This document shows positions 46,383-56,091 of a stretch of DNA of 64,000 bases, piece by piece. Below the pieces are notes generated by a model. The model did no database searches, was not told where the DNA came from, and was given only the letters and a program-made list of their open reading frames with translations. The stretch is from Deinococcus sp. Lineage in GTDB: Bacteria > Deinococcota > Deinococci > Deinococcales > Deinococcaceae. Position 1 is the stretch's first letter. The number at the start of each line of letters is the position of its first letter. The stretch lies in assembly GCA_965261005.1 (NCBI GenBank), contig OZ253375.1, positions 1,888,001 to 1,952,000 of the forward strand, in the 5' to 3' direction. The position numbers and the translations under genes are program-made.

Positions 46383-49300
46383 TTGCCACCTCCAAAGCCC
46401 GTACCGCCCAGCAGCAGATCGAGGCGCAGGTACACCCCCGGCTGGGTGGGTTCGGCCGTGAAGCCGCCGAAGCCGCCGAAGTTGTAGCCCAGCGTGAGGC
46501 CGAAGCCCTTCACGGGAACCAAGGTCGCCTCCAGACCCAGGGCGCCCGCGAAGGTGCCGCCGACGGGTTGGTACACACCGCGCAACGCCGCGCCCACGCC
46601 GAGGGAATCGTTCAGCCACAGCCGCCCGCCGGCCGAGCCGGCCAGCGTGAGGCTGCCGGGGTCGCCGCCGCTGACCTTGGCGGCCAGCCCGCCGCGCAGG
46701 TCCCAATTGCGCAGGGAGCGGACGGCGTTCAGCTCGGCGCTGAGGTCGCCCTCCCCCTGCGGGGCGAGGGTGCCCGTGCGGGCGCGGGCGTAGCCCAGCA
46801 GCGACCAGTCATCCGCGCGCACGGCCAGGCCGAAGCCGTAGCGGTGCCCGGCGCCGATGGGCGTCACCTCGCTGAGGCCGTCGAAGCTGAGGGCGCCCCA
46901 AGTGGGCGAGAAGGTGGCGCCGCTGCGCAGGTCCGCCTTCCAGCCCCCCGCCACCTGCGCGGCGTCCGCGCCCAGCGTGAGAACAGCGTTCGTCTCCTTG
47001 TAGGCGAGGTCGAGGCTGGCGCTGGCGAGGCCGGCGTCCACGTTGGCGCGCAGACCCAGCGACAGGCGGTCGTTCAGGGGCCGCCGGGCGTCCACCCCGA
47101 AGCGCGCGCGGCCGTTGTCGCCGCTCGCGCCCGGCAGCTCGTACTGCGCGCTGTAGCTGAGGCCGTCCGCCAAGGTGCCGCCCAGGGTCAGGGCGGTGCG
47201 GTTCGTGGGGACGTCCCCGCCCAGGGTCAGGGTGTTGCTCAGGCCCAGGGCGAACTGCTCGGACAGGCGGTAGGCCAAGCCGAGGGTGGCGCCCGTGTAC
47301 CCGCGCGTCAAATCGTGGCCGAGCGCCAGGTTCACTTGCAGCGGGCCGCCGTCGTAGCTGCCGGCCAGGTTGAGACCGAGTCCCGTGCGGTCGCCGCCAT
47401 AGGCCGACAGCCCGGCGGCCAGCTTGAAGGGGGCGCCCTGATAAGCGAGGCCGACCGTCGCGCTCTCCCCCGCCGTCTCGCCGGCGTGCAGCTCGGCGCT
47501 GCCGCTGGCGCTGAGGGCGTTGCCCAAAACGGTCCCCAGCGGCACGCTGACGCTCACGGCCGCCCCGCTGCCCGCGCCCGAGCCGCCGGGACCGGCGTAG
47601 CCGGCCCCCTCGCTGTGGGCGGTGGCGGTGGCGTTCACGGCCCCCTGGTAGTTGAGGGCGCCCTCGGCGCGCAGGCCCCCGGCGACAGCGACCACGGCCG
47701 TACCGCTGAGGGGACCTTGGCGGCCGGCCACGCGCACGCCCACGGCCACCTGGCCGTTTTCGGAGACGGCGCCCGCGCTGAGGGTGCCGCCCAGCACGTC
47801 CGCGCTCAGGTGGGCGCCGAAGGCGAGGCCGCCCGACCCGCCCAGAACCTGGTAGCGCGCCTCCAAGAGCACATTCAACCCCTCAGGCGTGGTGGCGACC
47901 AGGGAGGCCGCCAGGGTAATCACGCCGGTCTCGGGATCGAGGACGTAGTCGCGGTCGCGCCGCAGCTCGGTGCGGCGCACCTCGGCGCCGTTCAGCGAAA
48001 ATACCAGGTGCAGCCGCTCGGTGTTGGCGCGCGGCACTTGAGACAGCCGCAGCACGCGGGTGCCGTCCGGCACGAAGCGGTCGAGCCGCTCGCCGCCCGC
48101 CTGCGGGGCGAGGTAGCCGCCCAAGCGCACGTTGCCGCGCGTCTCGGCGTAGAGGGCGTCCCCGCTGGGCGGCGTGCCGAAGACCGGGTCCTGCGCCGCG
48201 CCGCGGGCGTACTCGGCCGCGAAGTCGGGGGCCTCGAAGCGCGCCGCCAGGGGGCCGTCCGCCGTCAGCGGGCGCCGGGGCGCGCTGGCGTCGCCGTAGG
48301 CGGGGTAGCGGGTCAGGGGCGTGCTGTCGTCGTGGACGCCGCGCGCGTCGGCCACGGCGGTCAGTTGGCCCGCGCCCAGGGGCGTCTCCAGCGTGCCGCG
48401 CCCGTCCAGAATCGCGCCCGCGCCCGATAAGGTCAGGCTGCCGGTGGCGCTCAGGGCGCCGTGCTGGCCGGCGGCGATGTTCAGCACTTCGGTTTGGGCG
48501 TGGCCGTTCACGCTCAACCTCAGCGTCACCCGGCGGGCGCCCGTCAGCGGGCGCAGCTTGAGGGTGCCCACGCCTTCTCTCAGGGCCACCTGAAAGCCGG
48601 CCTGGTTGGGGTCGGCGTCGGCCTCTTGGGCTTCGGCGCCCCCCTCGATCAGCACGCTCAGCGAGGGCAGCTCGGCGCGCAAACCGGCGGCGTCGCGCAC
48701 CTCGAAGCGCAGCGTCGGAACGGATACACCGTCGGCCGTCAAGTTTTCGCCCCTCACCACGGCGAGCGCCGCCGGGCCGGACACGAGGACGCGCACCTCG
48801 TCGCCGCCCGCGCGCAGCACGTTCTCGCCCGTGCGCAGCGGCACCGCCACGAACTCCAGCCGCGTGAGGCCGCTCACGGGGTCGCTGCCGCGCTTGCCGA
48901 TCTGCCGCGCCGGCACCGGCACGCCGTTGACGGTCAGGGTCTGGTCCGCCCCGCGCGGCAGTTGCACGACCACGTTGCTGCTGCCGCGCCCGCTGATGAC
49001 GCCGCCCGGCAAGGGAAAGCGGATGGGCGCCTCGCGCTCGGTCACGGTCGGAGTCGGGGCGGGCAGATCGGCGAAGCGCACACGGCCCTGCAAAGCCTCC
49101 TCGCGCCCACCGGCGTAGCGCGCGGCCAGGTCAACGGGGGCGGGGGCCGTGGGAACGGTGTCCCCGTCCAAGTTGAAGCGCAGCTCGCCGCTCAGCTTCT
49201 CCAGCGTCCAGTTCTCCAGCGTCCAGGCCAGGCGGCCGTCCGCCAGCACGGCGGGGTCGGGCAGGGGCGTTCCGTTCAGCTGGGCGCTGCCAGCTCGGTA

Positions 49301-51079
49301 CCCGGCGCCGGCGGGAAGGCGCAGGGCCAGCAGCCCCTCTTTGGCGTGGGCGGGCAGCTTGTAGGTCAGGCGCGCGTCGAGGCCACCGCCGACCGCCGTG
49401 AAGCTGACCTTCGCCTCGCCCTGGTTGGGCAGCAGCGGAAAGTCGGCGGGCGTGAGGCCGTAGGCGCTCACGAGCAGGGCGCCCCCCACGCCGAGGTTCC
49501 CCGGACGGGCTTCCGGCGCCCAGACGACGCTGCGCCCGTCCAAGCTGACGGGGTAGCGGCCCGGCGTCAGGTTCTCGAAGTGGTAGCGGCCCTGCGCGTC
49601 GCTCAGCACCTCGCCCACCCCGCCGAGCAGCACGCGCGCCCCGGCCACCGGGAGGTCGCGGTCCGCCGTATATGTACCGTCGCCGTCGTTGTCCACGTAC
49701 ACCCGGCCCAGCACGTCGGCCCGGCCGTTCAGGGTGACTCGGCGCACCTGCACGGCCGCGTCCGCCGGGTTGCTGGTCACGCTGGCGACCTGCCGGCCGT
49801 TCACGCCGAAGCCCTGTGCGCTGACGCGGTTGTCGAGCCGCCCGGAGGCGCCCGCCAACAAGCGCATGCGGTAGCGCAGCACGGCGCCGCCCCCCGGCGC
49901 GAGGTCGCCGATCTGGAACAGCAGCCCCTCCGGCGCGCTTTGGGGATCTGAGGTGGGCGCGCCGTTCAGGGTGGCGCTGCCCGCTTGGTAGCTCAGGTTG
50001 GAATCGGGCTGGTCGGTGACCACCACGCGCCGCACGCCGGCGCTCTGTGAGGGGTTGACCACCTTGACGGTGTAGGCCACCGTGTCGCCGGCCTCGTACT
50101 CACGGCTCTCGGCGCTCTTGCTCAGCAACAGCCCGCTGGAGAAGACCCGCACCGGGGCGGGCGCGCTGCTGACCGGCTCGGGCGTGTCGCCGCTGGTCGC
50201 GCTGGCGACGTTCTCGATCAGGGCGTCGTCGGGGGTCTCCGGCGCCACCCGCGCCGTCAGGCTGACGTGGCGCGTCTCGCCGGCCTCCAGGCGGACGAAG
50301 GTCCAGCTCAGCTTCTGCCCGTCCTGAGTCCCCGGCGCCGGCGTGGCCGACACGAAGTTCAGGCCAGCGGGCAGCGCGTCCGCCAGCGTCACGTTGGTCA
50401 CGGCGCCCGCGTTGGGGTTGGTCACGCTCAGGTCGTAGGTCACCGGGTCGCCCGCCTGCACCTGGGCGTCGCCGGTCACGCTCTTGGCGACCTTGAGCGA
50501 GCGCGCGGCGGTGTCGAGCGTGCTTTCCGCTGAAAGCGGCGCGTCCGCGCAGCCCGATCTCAGCCCGAAGCGGCTCTGCCCGCCGCCGGCGCCCTGCACC
50601 AGCAGCAGCAGCGCCGCGCTTTCGTCGGCCGCCAGGGTCAGGTCGCCGCTCAGCGTCTCGCCGGCGTCCACTTGGCCGTTCCCGTTGCGGTCCACCGCCA
50701 GCGTCAAGCGCCCCCGGAAATCTGAGGGCGCCGCCGCCGTCACCGGAAAGTCGAAGGCGGCGTTGCCCAGGTTCTTCAAGCTGAAGCCCAGCAGGGCGTC
50801 CTCGCCCAACTGGCCCGAGTGCGCCGCCTGACCGGCCGACAGCTCGGCCGCACACACGGCGGCGATGGTGACCTCGACAGGGTTGCTGCGCACCGCGCCG
50901 TCCTCGCTCTCGAAGGTGGCGACGTTGCTGACCCGCGCGCCGGCCGGGGTGCCCGCCGCGCCGGCGGGGGGGCTGAGCAGCGGCAGCAGGGCCAGCAGGC
51001 AGACCAGCAGACGCGCGGGCCGCGTGAAGCTGGCTTGCTGGGCCTGGGCTTGCTGAGCTTGCGAAAACGACCGGAACAT
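46379..51079 (-). CDS. Large DUF11/SdrD-like protein with C-terminal outer-membrane beta-barrel, putative anchor or secretion pore
   Basis: Signal peptide; DUF11 repeats; GRVYVDNDGDG; C-terminal amphipathic strands ending GYNFGGF..PGVYLRLD. Confidence 0.78.
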   Translation of the reverse strand: MFRSFSQAQQAQAQQASFTRPARLLVCLLALLPLLSPPAGAAGTPAGARVSNVATFESEDGAVRSNPVEVTIAAVCAAELSAGQAAHSGQLGEDALLGFSLKNLGNAAFDFPVTAAAPSDFRGRLTLAVDRNGNGQVDAGETLSGDLTLAADESAALLLLVQGAGGGQSRFGLRSGCADAPLSAESTLDTAARSLKVAKSVTGDAQVQAGDPVTYDLSVTNPNAGAVTNVTLADALPAGLNFVSATPAPGTQDGQKLSWTFVRLEAGETRHVSLTARVAPETPDDALIENVASATSGDTPEPVSSAPAPVRVFSSGLLLSKSAESREYEAGDTVAYTVKVVNPSQSAGVRRVVVTDQPDSNLSYQAGSATLNGAPTSDPQSAPEGLLFQIGDLAPGGGAVLRYRMRLLAGASGRLDNRVSAQGFGVNGRQVASVTSNPADAAVQVRRVTLNGRADVLGRVYVDNDGDGTYTADRDLPVAGARVLLGGVGEVLSDAQGRYHFENLTPGRYPVSLDGRSVVWAPEARPGNLGVGGALLVSAYGLTPADFPLLPNQGEAKVSFTAVGGGLDARLTYKLPAHAKEGLLALRLPAGAGYRAGSAQLNGTPLPDPAVLADGRLAWTLENWTLEKLSGELRFNLDGDTVPTAPAPVDLAARYAGGREEALQGRVRFADLPAPTPTVTEREAPIRFPLPGGVISGRGSSNVVVQLPRGADQTLTVNGVPVPARQIGKRGSDPVSGLTRLEFVAVPLRTGENVLRAGGDEVRVLVSGPAALAVVRGENLTADGVSVPTLRFEVRDAAGLRAELPSLSVLIEGGAEAQEADADPNQAGFQVALREGVGTLKLRPLTGARRVTLRLSVNGHAQTEVLNIAAGQHGALSATGSLTLSGAGAILDGRGTLETPLGAGQLTAVADARGVHDDSTPLTRYPAYGDASAPRRPLTADGPLAARFEAPDFAAEYARGAAQDPVFGTPPSGDALYAETRGNVRLGGYLAPQAGGERLDRFVPDGTRVLRLSQVPRANTERLHLVFSLNGAEVRRTELRRDRDYVLDPETGVITLAASLVATTPEGLNVLLEARYQVLGGSGGLAFGAHLSADVLGGTLSAGAVSENGQVAVGVRVAGRQGPLSGTAVVAVAGGLRAEGALNYQGAVNATATAHSEGAGYAGPGGSGAGSGAAVSVSVPLGTVLGNALSASGSAELHAGETAGESATVGLAYQGAPFKLAAGLSAYGGDRTGLGLNLAGSYDGGPLQVNLALGHDLTRGYTGATLGLAYRLSEQFALGLSNTLTLGGDVPTNRTALTLGGTLADGLSYSAQYELPGASGDNGRARFGVDARRPLNDRLSLGLRANVDAGLASASLDLAYKETNAVLTLGADAAQVAGGWKADLRSGATFSPTWGALSFDGLSEVTPIGAGHRYGFGLAVRADDWSLLGYARARTGTLAPQGEGDLSAELNAVRSLRNWDLRGGLAAKVSGGDPGSLTLAGSAGGRLWLNDSLGVGAALRGVYQPVGGTFAGALGLEATLVPVKGFGLTLGYNFGGFGGFTAEPTQPGVYLRLDLLLGGTGFGGGK

Positions 51080-51209
51080 AACACTCCTTCAAAGGTGAAA
51101 CAAGGCTTCTCGGTGAGCGCTCCCCAAACGGCACGTCTTGAGACCAAACATCTGCTCGGAACTGAACAATTGGAATGGAGGGTGGGGCGGGCACAGGCCC
51201 GCCCCCAGC

Positions 51210-52664
51210 TCAGTTGCTGCTGCCGGTGTCGCGCACCTTGACCGTGATGATCAGGGTCAGGGTGGCGTTCGGCGCCAAGCTGTCGGCGGCGTCCACGGCG
51301 CCGCTGGCGTTGCTGTCCAGGCCCACGTACACGAAGGGGCCGGAGGTGTCGGCGGTGCTGGTGGCGAGGCCGCTCGGGGCGCTGGCGTTCCAGCTCGCCT
51401 TGTCGAGGCTGTAAAGGACCGTGCCGGCGCTGGCGGCGCCCGAGAGCTTGGCGAACACGGTGTTCACCGGCACGTAGTCCTTGAGGGCGGGGAACTTCAG
51501 GGCGGCCGTGCCGGTGTTCTTGACGGTCACGGTGTAGCGCAGGTACTCGCCGGGTTTGGCGCCCGTGGCGCCGGCGGTGGGGGCGGCGCAGTTCAGGTCG
51601 AGGTGGCAGTTCTCCACGTCCTTGGTGACGGCGGCGGCGCCCCTCACGACCGTCACGCTGTCAGTGGCCGTTTGCGCGTTGCCGGCGCCAATCACGTACT
51701 CGTCGGTGGTGTTGCTGGTGCCCGTGAAGTACACCTTCAGGGCGTCCGTGGCCGCGTCGCCGGCGTTCTTGCCGGAGACGGCGCTGTAGGTCGCCGTGAC
51801 GGTCACGCCGCTGCCGGCCGCGATGGCGCCCCCGCTCAGGTAGCTTTGCAAGGCCGCCGTCAGGGTGGCCGCGCCCGTGCCGCTCCTGGTCCCGTCGCCG
51901 ACGACGTAGCTCACGCCCGCCAGCACGCCGGCGGGGTCGCTCAGGGTGCCCGAGCCGGCCAAGTCGCCGCTGGCAATCGGGGTGTTGCCGGTGTTGGTGA
52001 GGGTGTGCAGGCCGTCCACGGCGCCGGGCGAGGTGACCGTGAGGCTGCGGTCGGGGCTGAAGGTGAGGTTGTGAATGCTGCGGGTGCTGACCTCGTGGAC
52101 GTTGTTGCCGTCCGTCACGGGGTTGGCCGCCGTGCTGCCCGAGGAGGTGGCGGTGGGGTTGACGTAGTAAGCCTGGGCGCCGCCCGCGTTCGCCGGCACC
52201 GCGAACACCGCGATCAGGTTGGCGCTGCCGTCGGCGGGCAGGGCCACCTTGTTGCCCGTGACGGCGGTGCGGTTGCCCGCGCCGTCCACCGTGTAGTAGG
52301 TGACGCCCACGGGGGCGCCCGCGCCGTCGTCGGTCGTGAGGGTGTAGGTGTCGGGGCCGTTGCCGGCGTTGGTGAGGGTGTAATGCAGCTCGGCGTTTTG
52401 GCCGGGGGTGCCGCTCACGACCTCGCCGGGGGTGGCGCGGCTGCCGTCGGCGCCGAGCTGCACGGCGTAGACCTGCGTGACGGTCACGTTGACCTTGTTG
52501 GAGTCCTGGGCCTGGGTGGTGCCGGCGTCGTCGGTGTACTCGAAGGTGCCGGTGTTGGTGATGGTGCTGTTCGCCGGGGCGCCGGCGGCCAAGGCGGCGC
52601 CGGCGAGGGCAAGGAGCGAGGTGAGCAGGGCGGTTTTGAGCTTGTTCGTCTTGAGCTTGGTCAT
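51210..52664 (-). CDS. Secreted DUF11-family protein, putative fibre subunit 2
   Basis: Signal peptide; GAPANSTITNTG N-terminus; AKPGEYLRYTVTVKNTG C-terminal domain. Confidence 0.8.
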   Translation of the reverse strand: MTKLKTNKLKTALLTSLLALAGAALAAGAPANSTITNTGTFEYTDDAGTTQAQDSNKVNVTVTQVYAVQLGADGSRATPGEVVSGTPGQNAELHYTLTNAGNGPDTYTLTTDDGAGAPVGVTYYTVDGAGNRTAVTGNKVALPADGSANLIAVFAVPANAGGAQAYYVNPTATSSGSTAANPVTDGNNVHEVSTRSIHNLTFSPDRSLTVTSPGAVDGLHTLTNTGNTPIASGDLAGSGTLSDPAGVLAGVSYVVGDGTRSGTGAATLTAALQSYLSGGAIAAGSGVTVTATYSAVSGKNAGDAATDALKVYFTGTSNTTDEYVIGAGNAQTATDSVTVVRGAAAVTKDVENCHLDLNCAAPTAGATGAKPGEYLRYTVTVKNTGTAALKFPALKDYVPVNTVFAKLSGAASAGTVLYSLDKASWNASAPSGLATSTADTSGPFVYVGLDSNASGAVDAADSLAPNATLTLIITVKVRDTGSSN

Positions 52665-52681
52665 GGCGGTCCTTGGGGCGC

Positions 52682-54238
52682 TCAGTTGACGGTCTGGCCG
52701 TCGGCGACGGGGGCGGCGGGCGCGGCGGCGGCGTCGCGCACCTTGACCTTGATGCGCACCAGAATCTGACTGCCGCCGGGCACGCTGTCGGCGGCCGTGA
52801 TGGTGTTGTCGTTGTTGGTGTCCACGCCCACGTACAAGACGGTCGTGCCGGCCGTAAAGGCGCCCAGGGTCGTCGGGTCGGTCTTCCAGGTCGTGCCGTC
52901 GGTGCTGTACAGCACGGTGCCGGTGAAGCCGGTGACGCTCGCGCCAACCGAGTACATGACCGTGTTGGCGGGCAGGGTGTCGCGCAGCTTGACGGCCAGC
53001 AGGTTGCCGGTGCCGGTGTTGTTGGCCTTGAGGTAGTACACGACGTAGTCGCCGGGCTTGGCGTTCACGTCGGTCTGCACCGCGCTGGCCGAGTTGGGGC
53101 AGCTCGCGGGAACCGTCGCGCCGGAGGTGCCGCAGAGGGCTTGCAGCTTCACGAAGCTCGCCACGCCGCGCTGCACGGTGGTCACGTCGGTGATGGTGTT
53201 GCCGCCGTTCGAGGTCGCGGCGTTGTTCTTGACCGTCGTGCTGGTGGTGACGTTCAGCAGCGCCGTCAACACGTCGGTGTTCTTGTCGCCGTCCTGCCGG
53301 CCGGTGGGCGCGGTGACGCTGACCGCCAGGGTGACGACCTCGCCGCTCGCGAGGCTGTTGGCGCCCAGCGCGTTGCTGATGGCGGTCTGCGGGTTGGCAG
53401 CTGCGGCGCCGGTGGTCCCCTTGTAGGTGGCGGTGTAGGAGACGGTAAAAGCGCCCGCAGCCAAGGCGGCGCCGGTCTTGTCGGCGTTGGTGACGGCCTG
53501 GGTGACGTTCAGCTGCGAGGTCGAGACGGGCGCGTTGCCGGTGTTGGTCAGCGTCTCGGTGTAGGTCTTGGTGCCGGTCACGGTGACAAAACCCGTGTTG
53601 CTGGCCGCCAAGCTCAGGTCATAGATCGTGTTGACGGCGATGCGGCCGTAGTTGTTGTTGTCAGTCGGGCCGGCGGGGGCGGCGGTCGTGCCCGTGGCGA
53701 CCGACTTCGCCTGCGGGTTGATGTCGTAGGTGGTGCCGGCCGCCTGGTTCACGGGAATCGGGTACACCGCAAAAAAGGTCTTGCTGGCGTCGGCGGCGAG
53801 GTTGGTGTAGCCGGTGATCAGGGTGTCGCCGGCGTCGTAGGAACCGTTGCCGTTGGTGTCGTCGTAGAACTTGACGTTGGCGGCGGTGACGTTGGCGCTC
53901 TGCGCGAACACGCTCAGCACGTCCGAGTCGCTGCCGTTGCCGGTGTTGGTCAGGCTGTAGGTCAGAACGCCGTATCTGGTGACCGCGCCGGTGCTGGGGT
54001 CCACGGTGTAGGTCTGACCGGGGGTGCCCGCCGTGCCGTCGGGCGTCACCGAGACGCCGTAGACCTGCTGCACCTGGATGTTAACGGTGTTGGAGGTGGC
54101 CGTCTGGGGGCCAGCCGCCGTGTCGTCGGTGCTGTAGTCGAGGGAGCCGGTGTTGGAGATGGTGCTGCCGGCGGGGGCGCCCACCGCGAGGGCGGCGCCG
54201 GAGAGGGCGAGCAGGCCGGTGATCCAAAAACGCTTCAT
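52682..54238 (-). CDS. Secreted DUF11-family protein, putative fibre subunit 1
   Basis: Signal peptide; GAPAGSTISNTG N-terminus; AKPGDYVVYYLKANNTG C-terminal domain; paralog of the 51210 gene. Confidence 0.8.
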   Translation of the reverse strand: MKRFWITGLLALSGAALAVGAPAGSTISNTGSLDYSTDDTAAGPQTATSNTVNIQVQQVYGVSVTPDGTAGTPGQTYTVDPSTGAVTRYGVLTYSLTNTGNGSDSDVLSVFAQSANVTAANVKFYDDTNGNGSYDAGDTLITGYTNLAADASKTFFAVYPIPVNQAAGTTYDINPQAKSVATGTTAAPAGPTDNNNYGRIAVNTIYDLSLAASNTGFVTVTGTKTYTETLTNTGNAPVSTSQLNVTQAVTNADKTGAALAAGAFTVSYTATYKGTTGAAAANPQTAISNALGANSLASGEVVTLAVSVTAPTGRQDGDKNTDVLTALLNVTTSTTVKNNAATSNGGNTITDVTTVQRGVASFVKLQALCGTSGATVPASCPNSASAVQTDVNAKPGDYVVYYLKANNTGTGNLLAVKLRDTLPANTVMYSVGASVTGFTGTVLYSTDGTTWKTDPTTLGAFTAGTTVLYVGVDTNNDNTITAADSVPGGSQILVRIKVKVRDAAAAPAAPVADGQTVN

Positions 54239-54248
54239 AAGGGTCCTT

Positions 54249-54731
54249 TCACTTCACGCGCACGCGAAAGCGCAGTTTGGGGGCGTCCCCCGGCTCAAGG
54301 GTGGTGAGGGTCCAGCGCACCGCGCGGTACTCGCTGGGGTCGGCGGGCACCTGCTTGACGACCTCCTTGCCGTTTTCGGTGACCTTGACGGTCTTGGTGG
54401 GTTTGGCGCTGAAGCTCTTGCCGTCGAGGCTGTAGCCGAGTTCCGCCCCCTCCACGGCGCCGGCGCTGCCCGCCAAAAACACCGTGTTGGCCGGGACCGG
54501 CACCGTGACGCGGGCGTTCTTGACGGCCCGGTCGGCGTGCGGCTCGGCGCGCTGCTCCAGCACGTCGCCGGGCTTCACCTGCTTGGCCTCGCTCAGCACC
54601 TCGCTGGTCTTGCCGTCCTGGGTGACGGTGGTCACGGCCTCCAAGCTGAGCTTGAGTTCGGGGGCGGCGCCGGCCAAACCGCCCAAACCGAGGGCGAGGA
54701 CAAGGGTGGCTGGGGCAAGTGGTGTTTTCAT
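54249..54731 (-). CDS. Small secreted DUF11-like single-domain protein
   Basis: Signal peptide; VKPGDVLE, VPANTVF, YSLDGKSF, LRFRVRVK; GGAGG RBS. Confidence 0.78.
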   Translation of the reverse strand: MKTPLAPATLVLALGLGGLAGAAPELKLSLEAVTTVTQDGKTSEVLSEAKQVKPGDVLEQRAEPHADRAVKNARVTVPVPANTVFLAGSAGAVEGAELGYSLDGKSFSAKPTKTVKVTENGKEVVKQVPADPSEYRAVRWTLTTLEPGDAPKLRFRVRVK

Positions 54732-54975
54732 GTGGCCTCCAGAGAGAAAACAAGCCGGCAGGGCCGGTCCTGAACAGGGACGGTCAACGCCGGTCGCACC
54801 ACTCGCTCCACACGCCGCCTTGGTGCCCGCATTGGCCTGACGCGCTTCAACGCCTCGTTGTCTGGACCCGGCCACCACCGCTTCAGCCGGTCTTACAAAA
54901 GCTAAATAAAGTCTTCATACAAACTTCTTACAAAGCTCTGCGACTGAGAACACGCGGCGCTACACTGAGGGCGGC

Positions 54976-55734
54976 ATGACGGCACGGACGGCTCTCCCCG
55001 GCGCGGCCGGGACGTGCATTGTGGTCACCGGCGACCCGCTCGCGGCGGCCACAGCGTCGCCGGGCGCCTTCGTGGCGTGCGAGGCCCCGCACGCGGTCGC
55101 GCCCGGTCAGCGCGCGCTGGCCTACCTGAATGGCCCCGTGAGCGTGAGCGTCACGCGCGATTTCGAGGGCTTCCAGGTGTACGGCGAGGCCGTCGCCCCC
55201 ACCCGCTACCAACCGCGTGAGGTGGCGCGCGCCGTCAGCCACGACCCCGAACCTTGGGAAGCGACCTTCATGCGCGCTCAGCGCTTGGCGGCGCAGCTCA
55301 CGCGCTGGGTGGACGGCGAACTCACGCTGGAGGAGCGGGCGCGCGATCTGGGCGCCCTGGCCCGCTGGCGCCGGGGGCAGGCGCCGCCCGTGGCCGTGAC
55401 GGTGGGCGGCATTGAGCTGTCGTGGTGTCCCCAATTGGCCTGCTGGGCCTGCGTGGATTTGGACACCGGCGAGGTGATCCGCCTGACCGGCGAGGCCCGC
55501 ACGGTCTATGATCTCGCGCTGGCGGGGGCGGGGGCGCTGAGCCTGGCCGGTCAGGCGTGGGCCTACAGCCTGCACGACGGCCGCACCCCCGTCGCGGTGT
55601 GCGCGGAGGGCGGCGGCTACAAGGCGCGCCGGGCGCCCGCCCCCGCACCGGGCGAGATCGTCGCGTACCACCTGGGCGCGCAGCTTTCGAAGGACAGGCG
55701 CCCCAAGGCGACGAAATTCATACGCGCGCCGTGA
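54976..55734 (+). CDS. Hypothetical protein
   Basis: 252-aa ORF with host-like codon usage; no recognised motif. Confidence 0.55.
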   Translation: MTARTALPGAAGTCIVVTGDPLAAATASPGAFVACEAPHAVAPGQRALAYLNGPVSVSVTRDFEGFQVYGEAVAPTRYQPREVARAVSHDPEPWEATFMRAQRLAAQLTRWVDGELTLEERARDLGALARWRRGQAPPVAVTVGGIELSWCPQLACWACVDLDTGEVIRLTGEARTVYDLALAGAGALSLAGQAWAYSLHDGRTPVAVCAEGGGYKARRAPAPAPGEIVAYHLGAQLSKDRRPKATKFIRAP

Positions 55735-55934
55735 AGCGGCTGAACGGCCGCCCACTGCTGATGGTGAATGGCCGGCACGACCCGGTGATCCGCCCCGAGC
55801 AGGCCCAGCGGCTCTTCGACGCGGCGGGGGAACCGAGGGAGCTGCGCTGGTGGGACGCCGGCCACGCCCTGCCCCCGGCGGCCGTGGACGAGGCGGCGGC
55901 CTGGCTGGCGGCCCGCCTCGGCGGCGTCCGGTGA
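55731..55934 (+). pseudogene. C-terminal fragment of an alpha/beta hydrolase
   Basis: RPLLMVNGRHDPVI..QAQRLFDAAGEP.ELRW.DAGH contains the catalytic Asp and His but no nucleophile elbow. Confidence 0.6.
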
Positions 55935-55940
55935 TTGGAT

Positions 55941-56001
55941 TTGACTTCCGCTGCATACCGCGCTATCTTGAATCTATCAGCGGCCGAAAGGCCGCTTTTT
56001 T
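55941..56001 (+). repeat. Promoter-terminator repeat copy A
   Basis: TTGACT-17-TATCTT followed by AGCGGCC-gaaa-GGCCGCT-TTTTT. Confidence 0.85.
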
Positions 56002-56091
56002 GTCGCTCTTGTCGTTGCCCCATGTGCCGCGTCCCAACCCCCTTTGGCGCCCGGCACACCACGCCGGCCTCTTCCCGGCGTTCTATAAACC

